From the NCBI GenBank assembly GCA_052388395.1, contig JBQTIF010000011.1:1191-65190 (forward strand): a stretch of 64,000 bases of DNA. Direction: 5' to 3'. How positions within the stretch are numbered: the first letter of the stretch is position 1; each line of letters begins with the position of its first letter. Source of the stretch: Gemmatimonadaceae bacterium. Its GTDB lineage: Bacteria > Gemmatimonadota > Gemmatimonadetes > Gemmatimonadales > Gemmatimonadaceae. The notes below the pieces were generated by a model. That model had not been told where the DNA came from. It saw nothing but the letters and a program-made list of their open reading frames with translations, and did not search any database. Shown here piece by piece: positions 27,297 through 36,936 of this stretch. A program made the translations under genes and the position numbers.

Positions 27297-28634
27297 ATGC
27301 GCGAAGCGCCGCCAGCCAAGTCCCCGTTTGTCCGAGCCATCCAGCGTGTCGTCGACCTTCGCGAGGAAGAGGCGCGAGCGCTGGCCTGGTCGTGCGCCTA
27401 CTTCTTCTTCGCCCTCTCGAGTTATTACATCATCCGCCCCCTACGCGATGCGATGGGCACCGCGGGCGGCACACGTAACCTGCAGTGGCTCTTCCTCGGC
27501 ACGATGACGGCGATGCTGCTCGTGCATCCGCCATTTGGGGCGCTCGTTGCGAAGCTGCCGCGCCGCAAATTTGTTTCCTACGCCAACCGCTTCTTCATTT
27601 CGAACCTCGCGGTTTTCTACGTGTTGTTGCGCGTCTTGCCGGAGACGCGCCTCGTGTGGGTCGGACGTGCGTTCTTCATCTGGGCAGCGGTCTACAACCT
27701 GTTCGTCATCTCGGTTTTCTGGTCCGTCATGGCGGATTCCTGGTCCACGCCCCAGGGGAAACGCCTCTTCGGGTTCATCGGTGTCGGTGGCACGTTAGGC
27801 GGCATCGTCGGCTCGCTCATCACGACCGTGCTCGCCGAGCGGATTGGCGTGATCAACCTGATCCTCATTTCGGCCGTGCTCCTGGAGCTGAGCACACAAG
27901 CCATGCTGCGGGTCACAGCGGCGGCGGCGGCGGCGGCGGCGGCGCAGTCACAGAGTCCTGCACAGCGAGAAGACAAGGAGCGTGTGATCGGGGGGGGCGT
28001 GTTGGCCGGCATTGCCCACGCGGCTAAATCGCCGTACTTGTTAGGTATTTGCGTGTACATGTTGCTGTACACGTTCGGTTCGACTGTTCTCTACTTCCAG
28101 CAGTCGGGAATCGCGGAATCCACGTTCACCAACTCGGAACTGCGCACGGCATTCTTCGCGCGCATCGATCTAACTGTCAACGTGCTCACCGCGCTGACGC
28201 AGATGTTCCTCACCGGGCGCCTTGTGAAGCTCCTCGGCGTGCCGATCACGCTTACACTACTTCCCGCGCTCTCGGTGATGGGGTTCCTCGCGCTCGCCGC
28301 GTTCCCCGTGCTCGCCGTGTTGGTGACATTCCAGGTGCTGCGTCGCGCCGGCGAATACGCTGTCGCCCGCCCAACGCGCGAGTTGCTCTACATCGTCGTG
28401 CCGCGCGAAGATAAGTACAAGGCGAAGAACCTCATCGACACATTCGTCTATCGCGCTGGTGATCAGCTCGCCGCATGGTCGATGGCACGACTTACAGCGG
28501 TCGGTTTTGCAATGGCCGGCACGGCGCTGGTGGCCGCGCCGCTGGCGTTGGCGTGGCTCGGGATCGGCTGGTGGCTCGGAAAGCAGCAGGAGGCGAAAGC
28601 GAAAGAGCCGGTTCCCATTGCAAAGGCAGCCTAA
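27297..28634 (+). CDS. MFS-like transporter resembling the ATP/ADP-translocase (TLC) family
   Basis: About 11-12 TM segments. The N-terminal FFFALSSYYIIRPLRDAMG pattern recalls TLC/Npt-type carriers (from memory). Confidence 0.5.
   Translation: MREAPPAKSPFVRAIQRVVDLREEEARALAWSCAYFFFALSSYYIIRPLRDAMGTAGGTRNLQWLFLGTMTAMLLVHPPFGALVAKLPRRKFVSYANRFFISNLAVFYVLLRVLPETRLVWVGRAFFIWAAVYNLFVISVFWSVMADSWSTPQGKRLFGFIGVGGTLGGIVGSLITTVLAERIGVINLILISAVLLELSTQAMLRVTAAAAAAAAAQSQSPAQREDKERVIGGGVLAGIAHAAKSPYLLGICVYMLLYTFGSTVLYFQQSGIAESTFTNSELRTAFFARIDLTVNVLTALTQMFLTGRLVKLLGVPITLTLLPALSVMGFLALAAFPVLAVLVTFQVLRRAGEYAVARPTRELLYIVVPREDKYKAKNLIDTFVYRAGDQLAAWSMARLTAVGFAMAGTALVAAPLALAWLGIGWWLGKQQEAKAKEPVPIAKAA
27918..27944 (+). 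repeat. (GCG)9 trinucleotide run encoding poly-Ala
   Basis: Nine in-frame GCG codons by my count, in a loop of the transporter. Confidence 0.8.
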
Positions 28635-28652
28635 CTCCGCACTCTGAGCCCT

Positions 28653-29093
28653 TTGCGCTTAGTGCACGGGATCAATCTCAAACGCGTCGTGCTCGGCGGC
28701 GTCGTGGCCGCGATTGCGCTGTGGCTCCTCGAGTCGGCCGCGAGCAGTCTCTATCTCAACAGGATGCAGTCGGCGCTTGTGTTGCACGGGATCATGCTCG
28801 AGCCGTCGATATGGTTGACAGTCATGAGTGTGGCGATCGCGCTGCTCACCGGCCTAACGATGGTCTTCATGTACGCAGTCGCGCGGTCACGGCTTGGCAC
28901 TGGTGCCAGAACGGCGACGGTCGTGGCCTGCATCTTCTGGCTCGGCGGCTATGTGCCGTCGCTTCTCAGCTATGAGATGATCGGCATCTACCCGCGAACG
29001 ATGCTGTACCAATGGGGCCTTGTGGGTCTTCTGGAGATGATCATCGCGGCGGTCCTGGGGGCCTGGCTCTATCGCGAGCCGGCGGCTGCCTAA
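28653..29093 (+). CDS. Hypothetical membrane protein (146 aa)
   Basis: ORF track. Four hydrophobic helices. The stop TAA lies inside a GCCTAACG copy. Confidence 0.45.
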   Translation: MRLVHGINLKRVVLGGVVAAIALWLLESAASSLYLNRMQSALVLHGIMLEPSIWLTVMSVAIALLTGLTMVFMYAVARSRLGTGARTATVVACIFWLGGYVPSLLSYEMIGIYPRTMLYQWGLVGLLEMIIAAVLGAWLYREPAAA

Positions 29094-29094
29094 C

Positions 29095-29484
29095 GTGCAC
29101 AGACGGCGCGGATGGATCTTGCTGCTGTCGCTTGTTGCCACGTTCGTCGCGATGCGCGCCTCTATGGCGGTCCGGCCAGATGCTGATTTCAACGTGGCAG
29201 GCCATAACATCCACCATCTTTTTACGGGCCTTCTAGTTCTTACCCTCTGCGGCATCCCCCTCGTGCTTGGCGTTAGGCGAGGTCGGCTCGGCGATTGGCT
29301 GACGGCGGGTTTTGGTGTCGGTTTGAGTCTCGCGCTCGATGAATGGGTGTACTTGATCGCGACGGACGGATCCAACGCGTCGTACTTGCTCCCTGTGTCT
29401 TTTTGGGGGGGCGTCATCGTGGTCGGTGCAGCGGTCTTGTACGCGGCAATAATTGCCTTCCGTAGCGCACGCAGCGGCGACTAA
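29095..29484 (+). CDS. Hypothetical membrane protein (129 aa)
   Basis: ORF track. Four hydrophobic helices. It starts 2 nt after the previous stop. Confidence 0.45.
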   Translation: MHRRRGWILLLSLVATFVAMRASMAVRPDADFNVAGHNIHHLFTGLLVLTLCGIPLVLGVRRGRLGDWLTAGFGVGLSLALDEWVYLIATDGSNASYLLPVSFWGGVIVVGAAVLYAAIIAFRSARSGD

Positions 29485-29500
29485 TGTCGCATGATTGCGC

Positions 29501-29516
29501 TTGACCAAATTGGTCA
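29501..29516. promoter_or_regulatory. Perfect 16-bp palindrome TTGACCAATTGGTCAA, likely promoter/operator of the antitoxin gene
   Basis: Lies about 33 nt upstream of the ATG at 29549 and contains a TTGACC -35-like hexamer. Confidence 0.5.
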
Positions 29517-29548
29517 ACGCGGTCAGTTTCCAGTGTCGGGAGGTGTCA

Positions 29549-29839
29549 ATGCCCTATTCCAAGAAGCCTCGCAAAAAGCCGTTGCAAGTTTCCGAGCCCG
29601 TGAGCCTGTACGACGCAAAAACGCATCTGTCTGAGCTCGTCGATCGCGCGGCCGATGGCGCCGAAATTGTGATTGCTAAATCAGGAAAGCCGAAGGCGCG
29701 CCTGGTACCGCTGGCAAAGCGCGACCTCAAGAAGCGGCGCATTCCGGGGAAGGAGAGGGACGAGATTTGGATTGCTGAAGACTTCGACGCGCCGCTGCCG
29801 CCGGAAGAACTCGCCCGCTGGTACGACGACATCAAATGA
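29549..29839 (+). CDS. Phd/YefM-family antitoxin
   Basis: VSLYDAKTHLSELVDRAADGAEIVIAKSGKPKARLVP is the canonical Phd N-terminus. GGGAGG RBS. The stop overlaps the toxin start (ATGA). Confidence 0.75.
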   Translation: MPYSKKPRKKPLQVSEPVSLYDAKTHLSELVDRAADGAEIVIAKSGKPKARLVPLAKRDLKKRRIPGKERDEIWIAEDFDAPLPPEELARWYDDIK

Positions 29840-30204
29840 AGCTGCTTTTTGATTCTGGCGCGCTGCTGCACTGGCGCGCCGGATCTCTGAAACCCGCCGG
29901 GACTAAGGCGGTGCGACGGGCCGAGGAGGTGTACGTCAGCGCCGTCACAGCTGCAGAGATCTCCATCAAGTCAGCGTTAGGCAAACTCCGCTTTGTCCGT
30001 TCCGTCGAGGACGCCATATCACAGTACGGCTTCGTCGAGTTACCTGTCAGCGTCCGGCACGGCGATCGCGTCGGCTACCTCCCGAGGCATCATGGCGACC
30101 CGTTCGATCGTATTCTGATCGCTCAGGCCATTGAAGAGGGTCTCACGATCCTAACGAGCGATCGCGTCTTCGAGCTGTATCAGGTCTCAGTCGAGTGGGT
30201 GTAA
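29836..30204 (+). CDS. vapC: PIN-domain toxin (VapC family)
   Basis: MKLLFDSGALL..., SAVTAAEISIK, HHGDPFDRILIAQAIEEGLTILTSDRVF. Confidence 0.8.
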   Translation: MKLLFDSGALLHWRAGSLKPAGTKAVRRAEEVYVSAVTAAEISIKSALGKLRFVRSVEDAISQYGFVELPVSVRHGDRVGYLPRHHGDPFDRILIAQAIEEGLTILTSDRVFELYQVSVEWV

Positions 30205-30206
30205 GC

Positions 30207-30863
30207 GTGGCTCGCACGCGCGTCAAAATCTGCTGTATGGGATCCATCGACGAGGCGAACATGGCGATCGCCGCCGGCGCGGACGCCATCGGTCTCGTTT
30301 CAGCCATGCCAAGCGGTCCAGGCCCGATCGACGAAGAACTGATCTGCCGGATCGCAGCGTACGTCCCCCGCGCGGTTGGCACATTTCTCCTCACACCGCT
30401 TACCGCAGCGGACGCGATCGTCGCCCAGCACGAGCGCTGCCTAACCAGCACTATCCAGCTCGTCGACTTCCTGGACGACGGCGCGCACCAAGCCATCCGC
30501 CGAGCCCTTCCCGGCGTGCGTCTCGTCCAGGTCATTCACGTTGGCGACGACTCGTCAATCGATGAAGCCAAGGATGTCGCGCCTTTCGTCGACGCCATCT
30601 TGCTCGACTCCGGGAATCCGCAGCTCGCGATCAAAGAGCTCGGTGGAACAGGACGGACGCACAACTGGGAGGTCAGCACCAAGCTTGTGCGTGCAGTCGA
30701 CGTTCCGGTATTCCTCGCGGGTGGTCTCCGTGCCGACAACGTGCAACGTGCGATTGGGCAGGTGCAGCCATACGGCGTCGACGTCTGCTCAGGTGTGCGT
30801 ACTGACGGAAGGCTCGACAAAGCAAAGCTCGACGCCTTCATGGCGGCCGTGCGGTCTGCCTAA
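30207..30863 (+). CDS. trpF: Phosphoribosylanthranilate isomerase
   Basis: RVKICCMGSIDEANMAIAAGADAIGLV ... GGTGRTHNWEV ... VFLAGGLRADNV ... PYGVDVCSGV. No other trp genes nearby. Confidence 0.8.
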   Translation: MARTRVKICCMGSIDEANMAIAAGADAIGLVSAMPSGPGPIDEELICRIAAYVPRAVGTFLLTPLTAADAIVAQHERCLTSTIQLVDFLDDGAHQAIRRALPGVRLVQVIHVGDDSSIDEAKDVAPFVDAILLDSGNPQLAIKELGGTGRTHNWEVSTKLVRAVDVPVFLAGGLRADNVQRAIGQVQPYGVDVCSGVRTDGRLDKAKLDAFMAAVRSA

Positions 30864-31173
30864 CGCGCTTTTATTTGAACCGCTAGCTGTGAACCGCCAC
30901 CACTTCCGGATGTGACAGACAACTGCGGATTGAACGAATTCGATTCCGTCGACGCGCGAAGCTCCGCCTACGAGCCCGGTCTAAGCACCATGTGTTTGAC
31001 GCGTCGACTCCGCTGCCCCCTGCCCCCCTCGGAGCAATGCAACTGGATCCGTTCCATCCGTCTGATCCGGATTGTAGTTGCTCTTGAAGTATTCGCATAA
31101 GGCGAACTCGAGGTCTTGATTATCCAATCGTCGCGCGTAGCGTCTCCGCCAACTCACTTGTTGGGAGGGGCGC

Positions 31174-34100
31174 ATGCCACCGATCAGGCTGCTAGCGATT
31201 GCTGTTCTCGTCTCCGCGCCGTCTGGTGTAGTCGCCCAAGGCGTCACGACATCCGCGTTGCACGGCGTTGTCACTGGCGAAGACGCCGTCGCGATCTCAC
31301 GTGCGAACGTCGTGGCGATGCACGTGCCGAGTGGCACACAGTATCGCGCGTTGACAACGACGTTAGGCGCGTACAACCTTCCCAACCTCCGCGTCGGCGG
31401 TCCATATCGCCTAACCGTAACACTCCTCGGTTACGAGCCGCAGACGCGCGATAGCCTCTTCCTCGAGCTCGGCCAGACACTGCGGCACGACTTTCGCCTC
31501 GTGCGTCGCGCGGTGCAGATCGCGGGTGTGGCAATTACCACAGATCGCGACCCGACGCTCAACGCGGGGCGCACCGGCGCGGCTACTTCCATCGCTCCGG
31601 AGTTGGTGATCGCCGTCCCCTCCATCAAACGCAGCACCCGTGACCTCACGCGCCTCGACCCACGGAGCGACGGAAACTTCTCCTTCGGCGGACGCAACTG
31701 GCTGTACAACAACATCTCGCTCGACGGTTCTTACTTCAACAACCCGTTCGGGCTGGATGACCCCGCACCAGGCGGTCAGACGAACGCGGAACCCGTTCCC
31801 TTTGATGCCGTCGAGCAGGTGCAGGTCTCGCTCGCGCCGTTCGACGTTAGGCAGGGAGGCTTTACAGGGGCGAATATCAATACAGTGACGAAGAGTGGGA
31901 CGAACACGTTCCGCGGCGCCATTTATTCGTTCGTGCGCAATGACGCACTGCAGGGGAACAAGGTGAGCGGCTCGGAAGTCGTCGCGAATCCCGACCTCAA
32001 GTTTCTGCAGTCGGGTTTCTCCCTCGGCGGGCCGCTCGTGCGCAACAAGCTCTTTTTCTATTTGAATGCCGAGATCGAGCGCACCGAGGATCCAGGAACG
32101 AACTTCGTCGCAAGCCGCGGCTCGCCTGGGTTCGGGATCGCACGCGTGCGCGCCTCCACAATGGACTCGATCCGCGCGCGGCTCGCGACATACAACTACG
32201 AGACAGGCCCGTACGAGGGATACATCCACGAGACGAACAACGACAAACTGCTCCTCAAGCTCGACTGGAATGCGAGCGACGCACACACCGCCACGTTCCG
32301 CTTTAACTACCTCGACGCCACGCGGGACCTTCCCCCGCATCCGTTTGTCCTGAGCTTCGCGAACACGGGACGCGGACCTAACGAGGCGAGCTTGCCATTC
32401 TTCAATTCAGGGTATGCCATCAACAACAAGCTTCAATCGTACGCCTTTGAGGTGAATTCGCGCTCCAGCGGTCTCGCTAACCGATTCTTCGCGAGCTACA
32501 ACCGCTTCCGCGATCACCGATCTCCATTTAGCGCGGATTTTCCGACGATCGAGATCGGCGAAGGAGGGGTCACCTACACGACAGCGGGACACGAGCCGTT
32601 TTCGATCCACAATATCCTGGACCAGGATGTCTGGCAGTTCACCGACAACCTCAGCTTCTTCCGCGGGAGTCACGTCTTCACGTTAGGCGCGAACTATGAA
32701 TCGTTCAACTTTTTCAACTCGTTCAACATCTTCCGGCACGGTGTCTTTTTCCTTCCACCAGCTACCGGCATCGGCACGACGTTCTCGTCGCTGAATGAGT
32801 TCTTTACACTGACGAATCCCAACAATCCAAACAGAGTCAATTTCAACTCGCTGATCGGCACGGGACCATTCAAAGGCGAAGTGATCGACGTCAGCCAGCT
32901 GTCGCTGTATGCACAGGATGAATGGCTCACGACGGATCGCCTCAAGCTTACCTATGGCGTCCGCGTCGACTTCCCGATCTACGGGACGGAGCCGATAGAC
33001 AATCCGTTCTCGCGCGGCTTGGAAGCGCTGGACGAGAATCGTCAGACCGAAGTGGTCGACCAGAGCAAACTCCCAGGGTCGACGCCGCTTTTTTCGCCGC
33101 GCGTCGGCTTCAATTGGAATGCGCGCGGCAACCGCGAGACGCAGCTACGCGGTGGTACAGGGATCTTCACTGGACGCGTCCCGTTCGTCTGGGTGGGGAA
33201 TGTCATCTCTAACCCCGGTGCGAATCCGAACCTGTTTCCAACTGGTCCCCAGCGCGCCACACGCAAGGGCTCCACGCTCGCGCAATCGTTCGACCTCAAC
33301 GCGATGGATCCCGACTTCAAGTTCCCGCAAGTTTGGACAACTGACCTCGCCGTCGACAATCAGCTTCCAAGCGGCTGGTTAGGCACCGTTGAGCTCATCT
33401 ACGGCAAGGACATGAACGCCGTCTTCATGCGCAATGCGGATCTCATCGCGCCTGTGCGGACGTTGCCGGACGGGCGCCCGTTCTACGGCGGGTTCGGCAA
33501 CAATGAGCTCAACTCTGACGGTGGTGCCGGCATTTACGTGATCGACAACACCGACGAAGGGTACTCCTTCAACGCGACAGGGCAGTTGCGCGGCACGTTA
33601 GGCGGCTTCGAGACAATGCTCGGCTACAGCTACACCCAAGCGAAGAACAACCTCAAGTCGACTGAGATCGCGAGTGTACTCTGGCAGAATCAGCCCGTGC
33701 AGGGTGACCCGAACAAGCCGGAGCTGAGTTGGTCGGAGTTCGGGCAGCAACACCGCTTCATCGGCAGTGCCACGTATAACAAGTCATGGTCCACCGCGCT
33801 CAGAACACAGGTCGGGCTTGTCTTCGAAATGTCGCAAGGAAATCGTTTCGGCGGCGCCGGCGGAAATCGCTACTCGTTCATTTACTCCGGTGACGTGAAC
33901 GGCGACGGGTCTGGTGGCAACGATCTGATTTACATCCCACGCGATCAGAGCGACATCATCCTGGAGACTTATACAGACGGGGGACGCACGATCACAGCGC
34001 AAGAGCAATGGACTCGCTTGGATGCGTTTATCCGGCAGGACAAGTATCTGAACGATCACCGCGGTACGATCGCCGAGCGGTTCGGTGCTCTCAATCCGTG

Positions 34101-34395
34101 GTACAGCAACCTTGACCTGCGCGTCCTGCAGGACTTTGCTGTGCCCACCGCGGGCACTCGGCACGCGTTCCAATTGACGCTCGACGTGCTGAACGTTGGC
34201 AACTTGATCAACTCTGACTGGGGCGTGCGCAAAGTCGCGAGCCCGGCGGCGACGTCGCCGCTCCGTCTCGTTAGGTTCAACGCCGCCGGTGCACCTGTGT
34301 TCAACTTCACTGGTCCGTCGGCGACGTTCATCGACGATCCGGGGTTGTTCTCTCGTTGGCGCGCGCAGCTTGGTTTGCGCTACTTCTTCAACTAA
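31174..34395 (+). CDS. TonB-dependent outer-membrane receptor with N-terminal carboxypeptidase-regulatory-like domain
   Basis: Signal peptide, GVVTGEDAVAISRANVVAMHVPSGTQY...YNLPNLRVGGPYRLT, plug and barrel, C-terminal LGLRYFFN. Confidence 0.85.
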   Translation: MPPIRLLAIAVLVSAPSGVVAQGVTTSALHGVVTGEDAVAISRANVVAMHVPSGTQYRALTTTLGAYNLPNLRVGGPYRLTVTLLGYEPQTRDSLFLELGQTLRHDFRLVRRAVQIAGVAITTDRDPTLNAGRTGAATSIAPELVIAVPSIKRSTRDLTRLDPRSDGNFSFGGRNWLYNNISLDGSYFNNPFGLDDPAPGGQTNAEPVPFDAVEQVQVSLAPFDVRQGGFTGANINTVTKSGTNTFRGAIYSFVRNDALQGNKVSGSEVVANPDLKFLQSGFSLGGPLVRNKLFFYLNAEIERTEDPGTNFVASRGSPGFGIARVRASTMDSIRARLATYNYETGPYEGYIHETNNDKLLLKLDWNASDAHTATFRFNYLDATRDLPPHPFVLSFANTGRGPNEASLPFFNSGYAINNKLQSYAFEVNSRSSGLANRFFASYNRFRDHRSPFSADFPTIEIGEGGVTYTTAGHEPFSIHNILDQDVWQFTDNLSFFRGSHVFTLGANYESFNFFNSFNIFRHGVFFLPPATGIGTTFSSLNEFFTLTNPNNPNRVNFNSLIGTGPFKGEVIDVSQLSLYAQDEWLTTDRLKLTYGVRVDFPIYGTEPIDNPFSRGLEALDENRQTEVVDQSKLPGSTPLFSPRVGFNWNARGNRETQLRGGTGIFTGRVPFVWVGNVISNPGANPNLFPTGPQRATRKGSTLAQSFDLNAMDPDFKFPQVWTTDLAVDNQLPSGWLGTVELIYGKDMNAVFMRNADLIAPVRTLPDGRPFYGGFGNNELNSDGGAGIYVIDNTDEGYSFNATGQLRGTLGGFETMLGYSYTQAKNNLKSTEIASVLWQNQPVQGDPNKPELSWSEFGQQHRFIGSATYNKSWSTALRTQVGLVFEMSQGNRFGGAGGNRYSFIYSGDVNGDGSGGNDLIYIPRDQSDIILETYTDGGRTITAQEQWTRLDAFIRQDKYLNDHRGTIAERFGALNPWYSNLDLRVLQDFAVPTAGTRHAFQLTLDVLNVGNLINSDWGVRKVASPAATSPLRLVRFNAAGAPVFNFTGPSATFIDDPGLFSRWRAQLGLRYFFN

Positions 34396-34409
34396 GTCGT
34401 CAAGATCAA

Positions 34410-34979
34410 ATGGATGACGCGCACGCGATCGTCTGGCGACGCCAGGACTTGCCCGGTCTCGAATACGCCAAGCTCCTAACGGTCGACGGCGAATGGTACC
34501 TAACGGGAACTGTCATCATCGTGGAGGACGCGGTTCCGTGCGAGTTGCGTTACCGTGTCGTCTGCGGTCAGGACTGGCGCACGCATAGCGCCGACATCCG
34601 CGGCACGTTAGGTGTACAGCCTGTGAGTATTCAGATCGCTAACGATCCGCAGTTGGGTTGGGCGATGAACGGCGGCTTGTGTGCGGGTCTCGATGGGTGC
34701 ATCGACATCGATCTCGCGTTCACCCCAGCGACGAATACGCTCCCTATCCGTCGGCTCGGACTCGCCATCGGACAGAGCGGCGACGTGAGTTGCGCCTGGT
34801 TGCGCTTTCCTGAAATGTCGCTCGAGCGTCTGCACCAGACCTATCATCGCACGGGCGCGTCGACGTATCGCTACGAGAGCGCCGGCGGAACGTTTACGCG
34901 CGACCTGACCGTTAACGACACCGGCATGGTCGTGGACTATCCGGGTTTATGGCGCAGCGTCGCACAACGCGCGGATTGA
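34410..34979 (+). CDS. Putative glycolipid-binding domain protein (DUF1089-like)
   Basis: Pattern ...YRVVCGQDWRTH...DIDLAFTPATNTLPIRRL...VVDYPGLW matches that family from memory. ATG at 34410. Confidence 0.55.
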   Translation: MDDAHAIVWRRQDLPGLEYAKLLTVDGEWYLTGTVIIVEDAVPCELRYRVVCGQDWRTHSADIRGTLGVQPVSIQIANDPQLGWAMNGGLCAGLDGCIDIDLAFTPATNTLPIRRLGLAIGQSGDVSCAWLRFPEMSLERLHQTYHRTGASTYRYESAGGTFTRDLTVNDTGMVVDYPGLWRSVAQRAD

Positions 34980-35115
34980 CCTTGGATCAATTGGGGTCAG
35001 ACTCGCTTGATCCGCTGCTGCGTTCATCGACTCTGACCCCATTGATGTGTTGCTATTGCGAATTAGGATAGACTTGGAAGCTCTTCGTCGAGCTTTGGCC
35101 GGCTACGTCGAAGAC

Positions 35116-35138
35116 CGTTAGGAGTGGATTGCCTAACG
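35116..35138. terminator. Inverted pair of the iterated word (CGTTAGG-9 nt-CCTAACG) between convergent genes
   Basis: 7-bp stem and 9-nt loop. Sits in the 190-bp hairpin-rich spacer 34980-35170. Confidence 0.35.
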
Positions 35139-35170
35139 CGGTCGCTCGTGGCGACGCGAATACTGTGATC

Positions 35171-36793
35171 TTATTGCGTCGGTTGCGCGAAACTTCTCCT
35201 CGCCCGCCCGCATTGAACCCACGAACGTGGCTGCCCGTTGGGCAGCGCCGGCAACGTTGCCTGATCCCGCGGTGTCTTCTCCGGATCCTCTGACGCCGCG
35301 TACATCATCATCGCCGCGATCGTCGCGTTCTGCTTCAAGTCATCGAAGACGATCTTGTCGTACGTGTCGCGGTTCGTGTGCCACGTGTACTGACGATACT
35401 CATCGTAGTGCGACTGAAAGCGAAACGCCGGGGCGGAGCGACAGATGAATGCGGTGTGATCGCTCCCCATGTTGATCTGCCCGCCGGGCACGACGAACTT
35501 CACGCTGTCGGTCAAGTCACCAGGGAGCTGCGCCCACCACTTCGAGAGGTTCACGCCAGCCTTTGCGAATCCGCTCGCCTCGAGATACTCCACGCGCCAC
35601 GTTCCGTTGTCCTGATTAAACAGCGCCTGCAACCCGGCGACGATGTCCGGGTGATCTTCACCGAAGGCGAGCGAGCCGATCAAGCCGAGCTCTTCCCCGC
35701 CCCAGTGTCCGACGAGAATCGTGCGCTTGGGATTCGGATACGCTGCTTTCAGAATGCGCATCGCCTCGAGCATCATGATCGTACCAGTCCCGTTGTCCGT
35801 CGCCCCAGTCGCTGCTCCCCAGCTGTCGAGATGCGCTGAGAGCATCACGTACTCGTTAGGCCTCTCCGTGCCTTTGAGTTCGGCGACGACGTTGAACATC
35901 GGCACTTCCTGCGGCGTCGATTGCGCGTCGGCGGTAAAGCGGATGCGTGGCCCCTGATTGTTCGTCGCGAGACGGTGCAACAGACCGTAATCCTCGCAGG
36001 AGATGTCGAAGGACGGGACACGTTCTGACTGCGCGGCGAAGACTTTGTTGACGCCCCAGCCATTGGACCAGTTGAGCGATCCAATGCCCGCGACGCCCGC
36101 CGAGTCGAGACGAGAGTACGCGGCGCGGAATCCTTGCGGTTGTGGCGTGTTAGGCGGCGCAAGCGCCCGCAACCGCGCGGATGCCTGCGTCACGTTCTCC
36201 GTGCGGCGCTGATTGAGACGCGTGACAGTGGCCGCTCTCGCTAGGCGCTGGAGCTCTTGCGGTGCTCGGCACATGAGCTCGGCGGCTGACGATAGCACGA
36301 ACTTGCCGCGGATTGTGCCAAGCCATTGCCTAACGGCAGCTTCGTCGGCGAGTTGCGGGATGATAACGACTTCAGCGTCGATAGGTCGGTTGTTCGTCCC
36401 AACGCTCCACGAGAGCAGCTCCACGTCGAGGACTTGTGTGCGCGGCGCCGTCAGCGTCATGTGGAAGTCACCCGCGCGCCAACCGCGCCATGTGCCGTAG
36501 CGTTCACGGCGCACCGTGATCCCCAATCCATTATAGGTGCGCTCGAGCCACGCACTCGCGGCCTCAAAGCCCGGTGTCCCCGAGAGGCGCGGGCCGATCG
36601 AATCCATGAGGACTTGGGCGAGCCGCTCGGTGTGAGAGGAGTCCATGCCGAGCCGCCACATGCGGCGGATGACTTGGTCGTCGCTGCGAAAGCTCTGGGA
36701 GTGAGCGACCGTCGGAAGCGTCGCGAGCGCTACGAGCGTCAGACGAAGCACTGAGTTGCGCATGATTCGGTTGGGTAGGTCAGCAGGGAGCAT
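35171..36793 (-). CDS. Secreted M28-family aminopeptidase with PA domain
   Basis: HLDSWGAATGATDNGTG, GHWGGEELGLIGS, GSDHTAF. The start may be the internal M at 36763 (MRNSVLRLTLVALATLPTVAHSQ). Confidence 0.8.
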   Translation of the reverse strand: MLPADLPNRIMRNSVLRLTLVALATLPTVAHSQSFRSDDQVIRRMWRLGMDSSHTERLAQVLMDSIGPRLSGTPGFEAASAWLERTYNGLGITVRRERYGTWRGWRAGDFHMTLTAPRTQVLDVELLSWSVGTNNRPIDAEVVIIPQLADEAAVRQWLGTIRGKFVLSSAAELMCRAPQELQRLARAATVTRLNQRRTENVTQASARLRALAPPNTPQPQGFRAAYSRLDSAGVAGIGSLNWSNGWGVNKVFAAQSERVPSFDISCEDYGLLHRLATNNQGPRIRFTADAQSTPQEVPMFNVVAELKGTERPNEYVMLSAHLDSWGAATGATDNGTGTIMMLEAMRILKAAYPNPKRTILVGHWGGEELGLIGSLAFGEDHPDIVAGLQALFNQDNGTWRVEYLEASGFAKAGVNLSKWWAQLPGDLTDSVKFVVPGGQINMGSDHTAFICRSAPAFRFQSHYDEYRQYTWHTNRDTYDKIVFDDLKQNATIAAMMMYAASEDPEKTPRDQATLPALPNGQPRSWVQCGRARRSFAQPTQ

Positions 36794-36936
36794 ACTTCGA
36801 ATGCAGTCACATGTGAAGTTTGCGTCACCCTACCGCCTACCCGATCCGAAGCCGCAGCTCACCACACTGCCAAGGGCCCCCTGCGGCATTCGGCTCTCCA
36901 ATCGATAGACGTTAGGCTGCGGAGTCGGGCAGCCGC

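Noticed and set aside
30925-30965. tRNA-like T-loop (GAATTCGATTCC) as a possible tRNA fragment or att site
   Set aside because: The flanking bases do not form a T-stem or acceptor stem, and no integrase is nearby.
30960-31060. Possible cobalamin riboswitch upstream of the TonB-dependent receptor (AGCCCGGTCT and GCTGCCCCC...GCAACTG resemble pieces of the B12 element)
   Set aside because: The pieces are in the wrong order on the receptor strand, and the B12-box match is poor.
31411-32340. Long antisense or overlapping ORFs in the track (for example 31411..32340 -, 39944..40834 -, 5351..6034 +, 12748..13488 +, 47074..47730 +, 41198..41779 -)
   Set aside because: They are typical shadow ORFs of high-GC coding regions. 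They are Arg/Ala/Pro-rich and low in complexity, have no recognisable motifs, and each lies fully inside a well-supported gene on the other strand.
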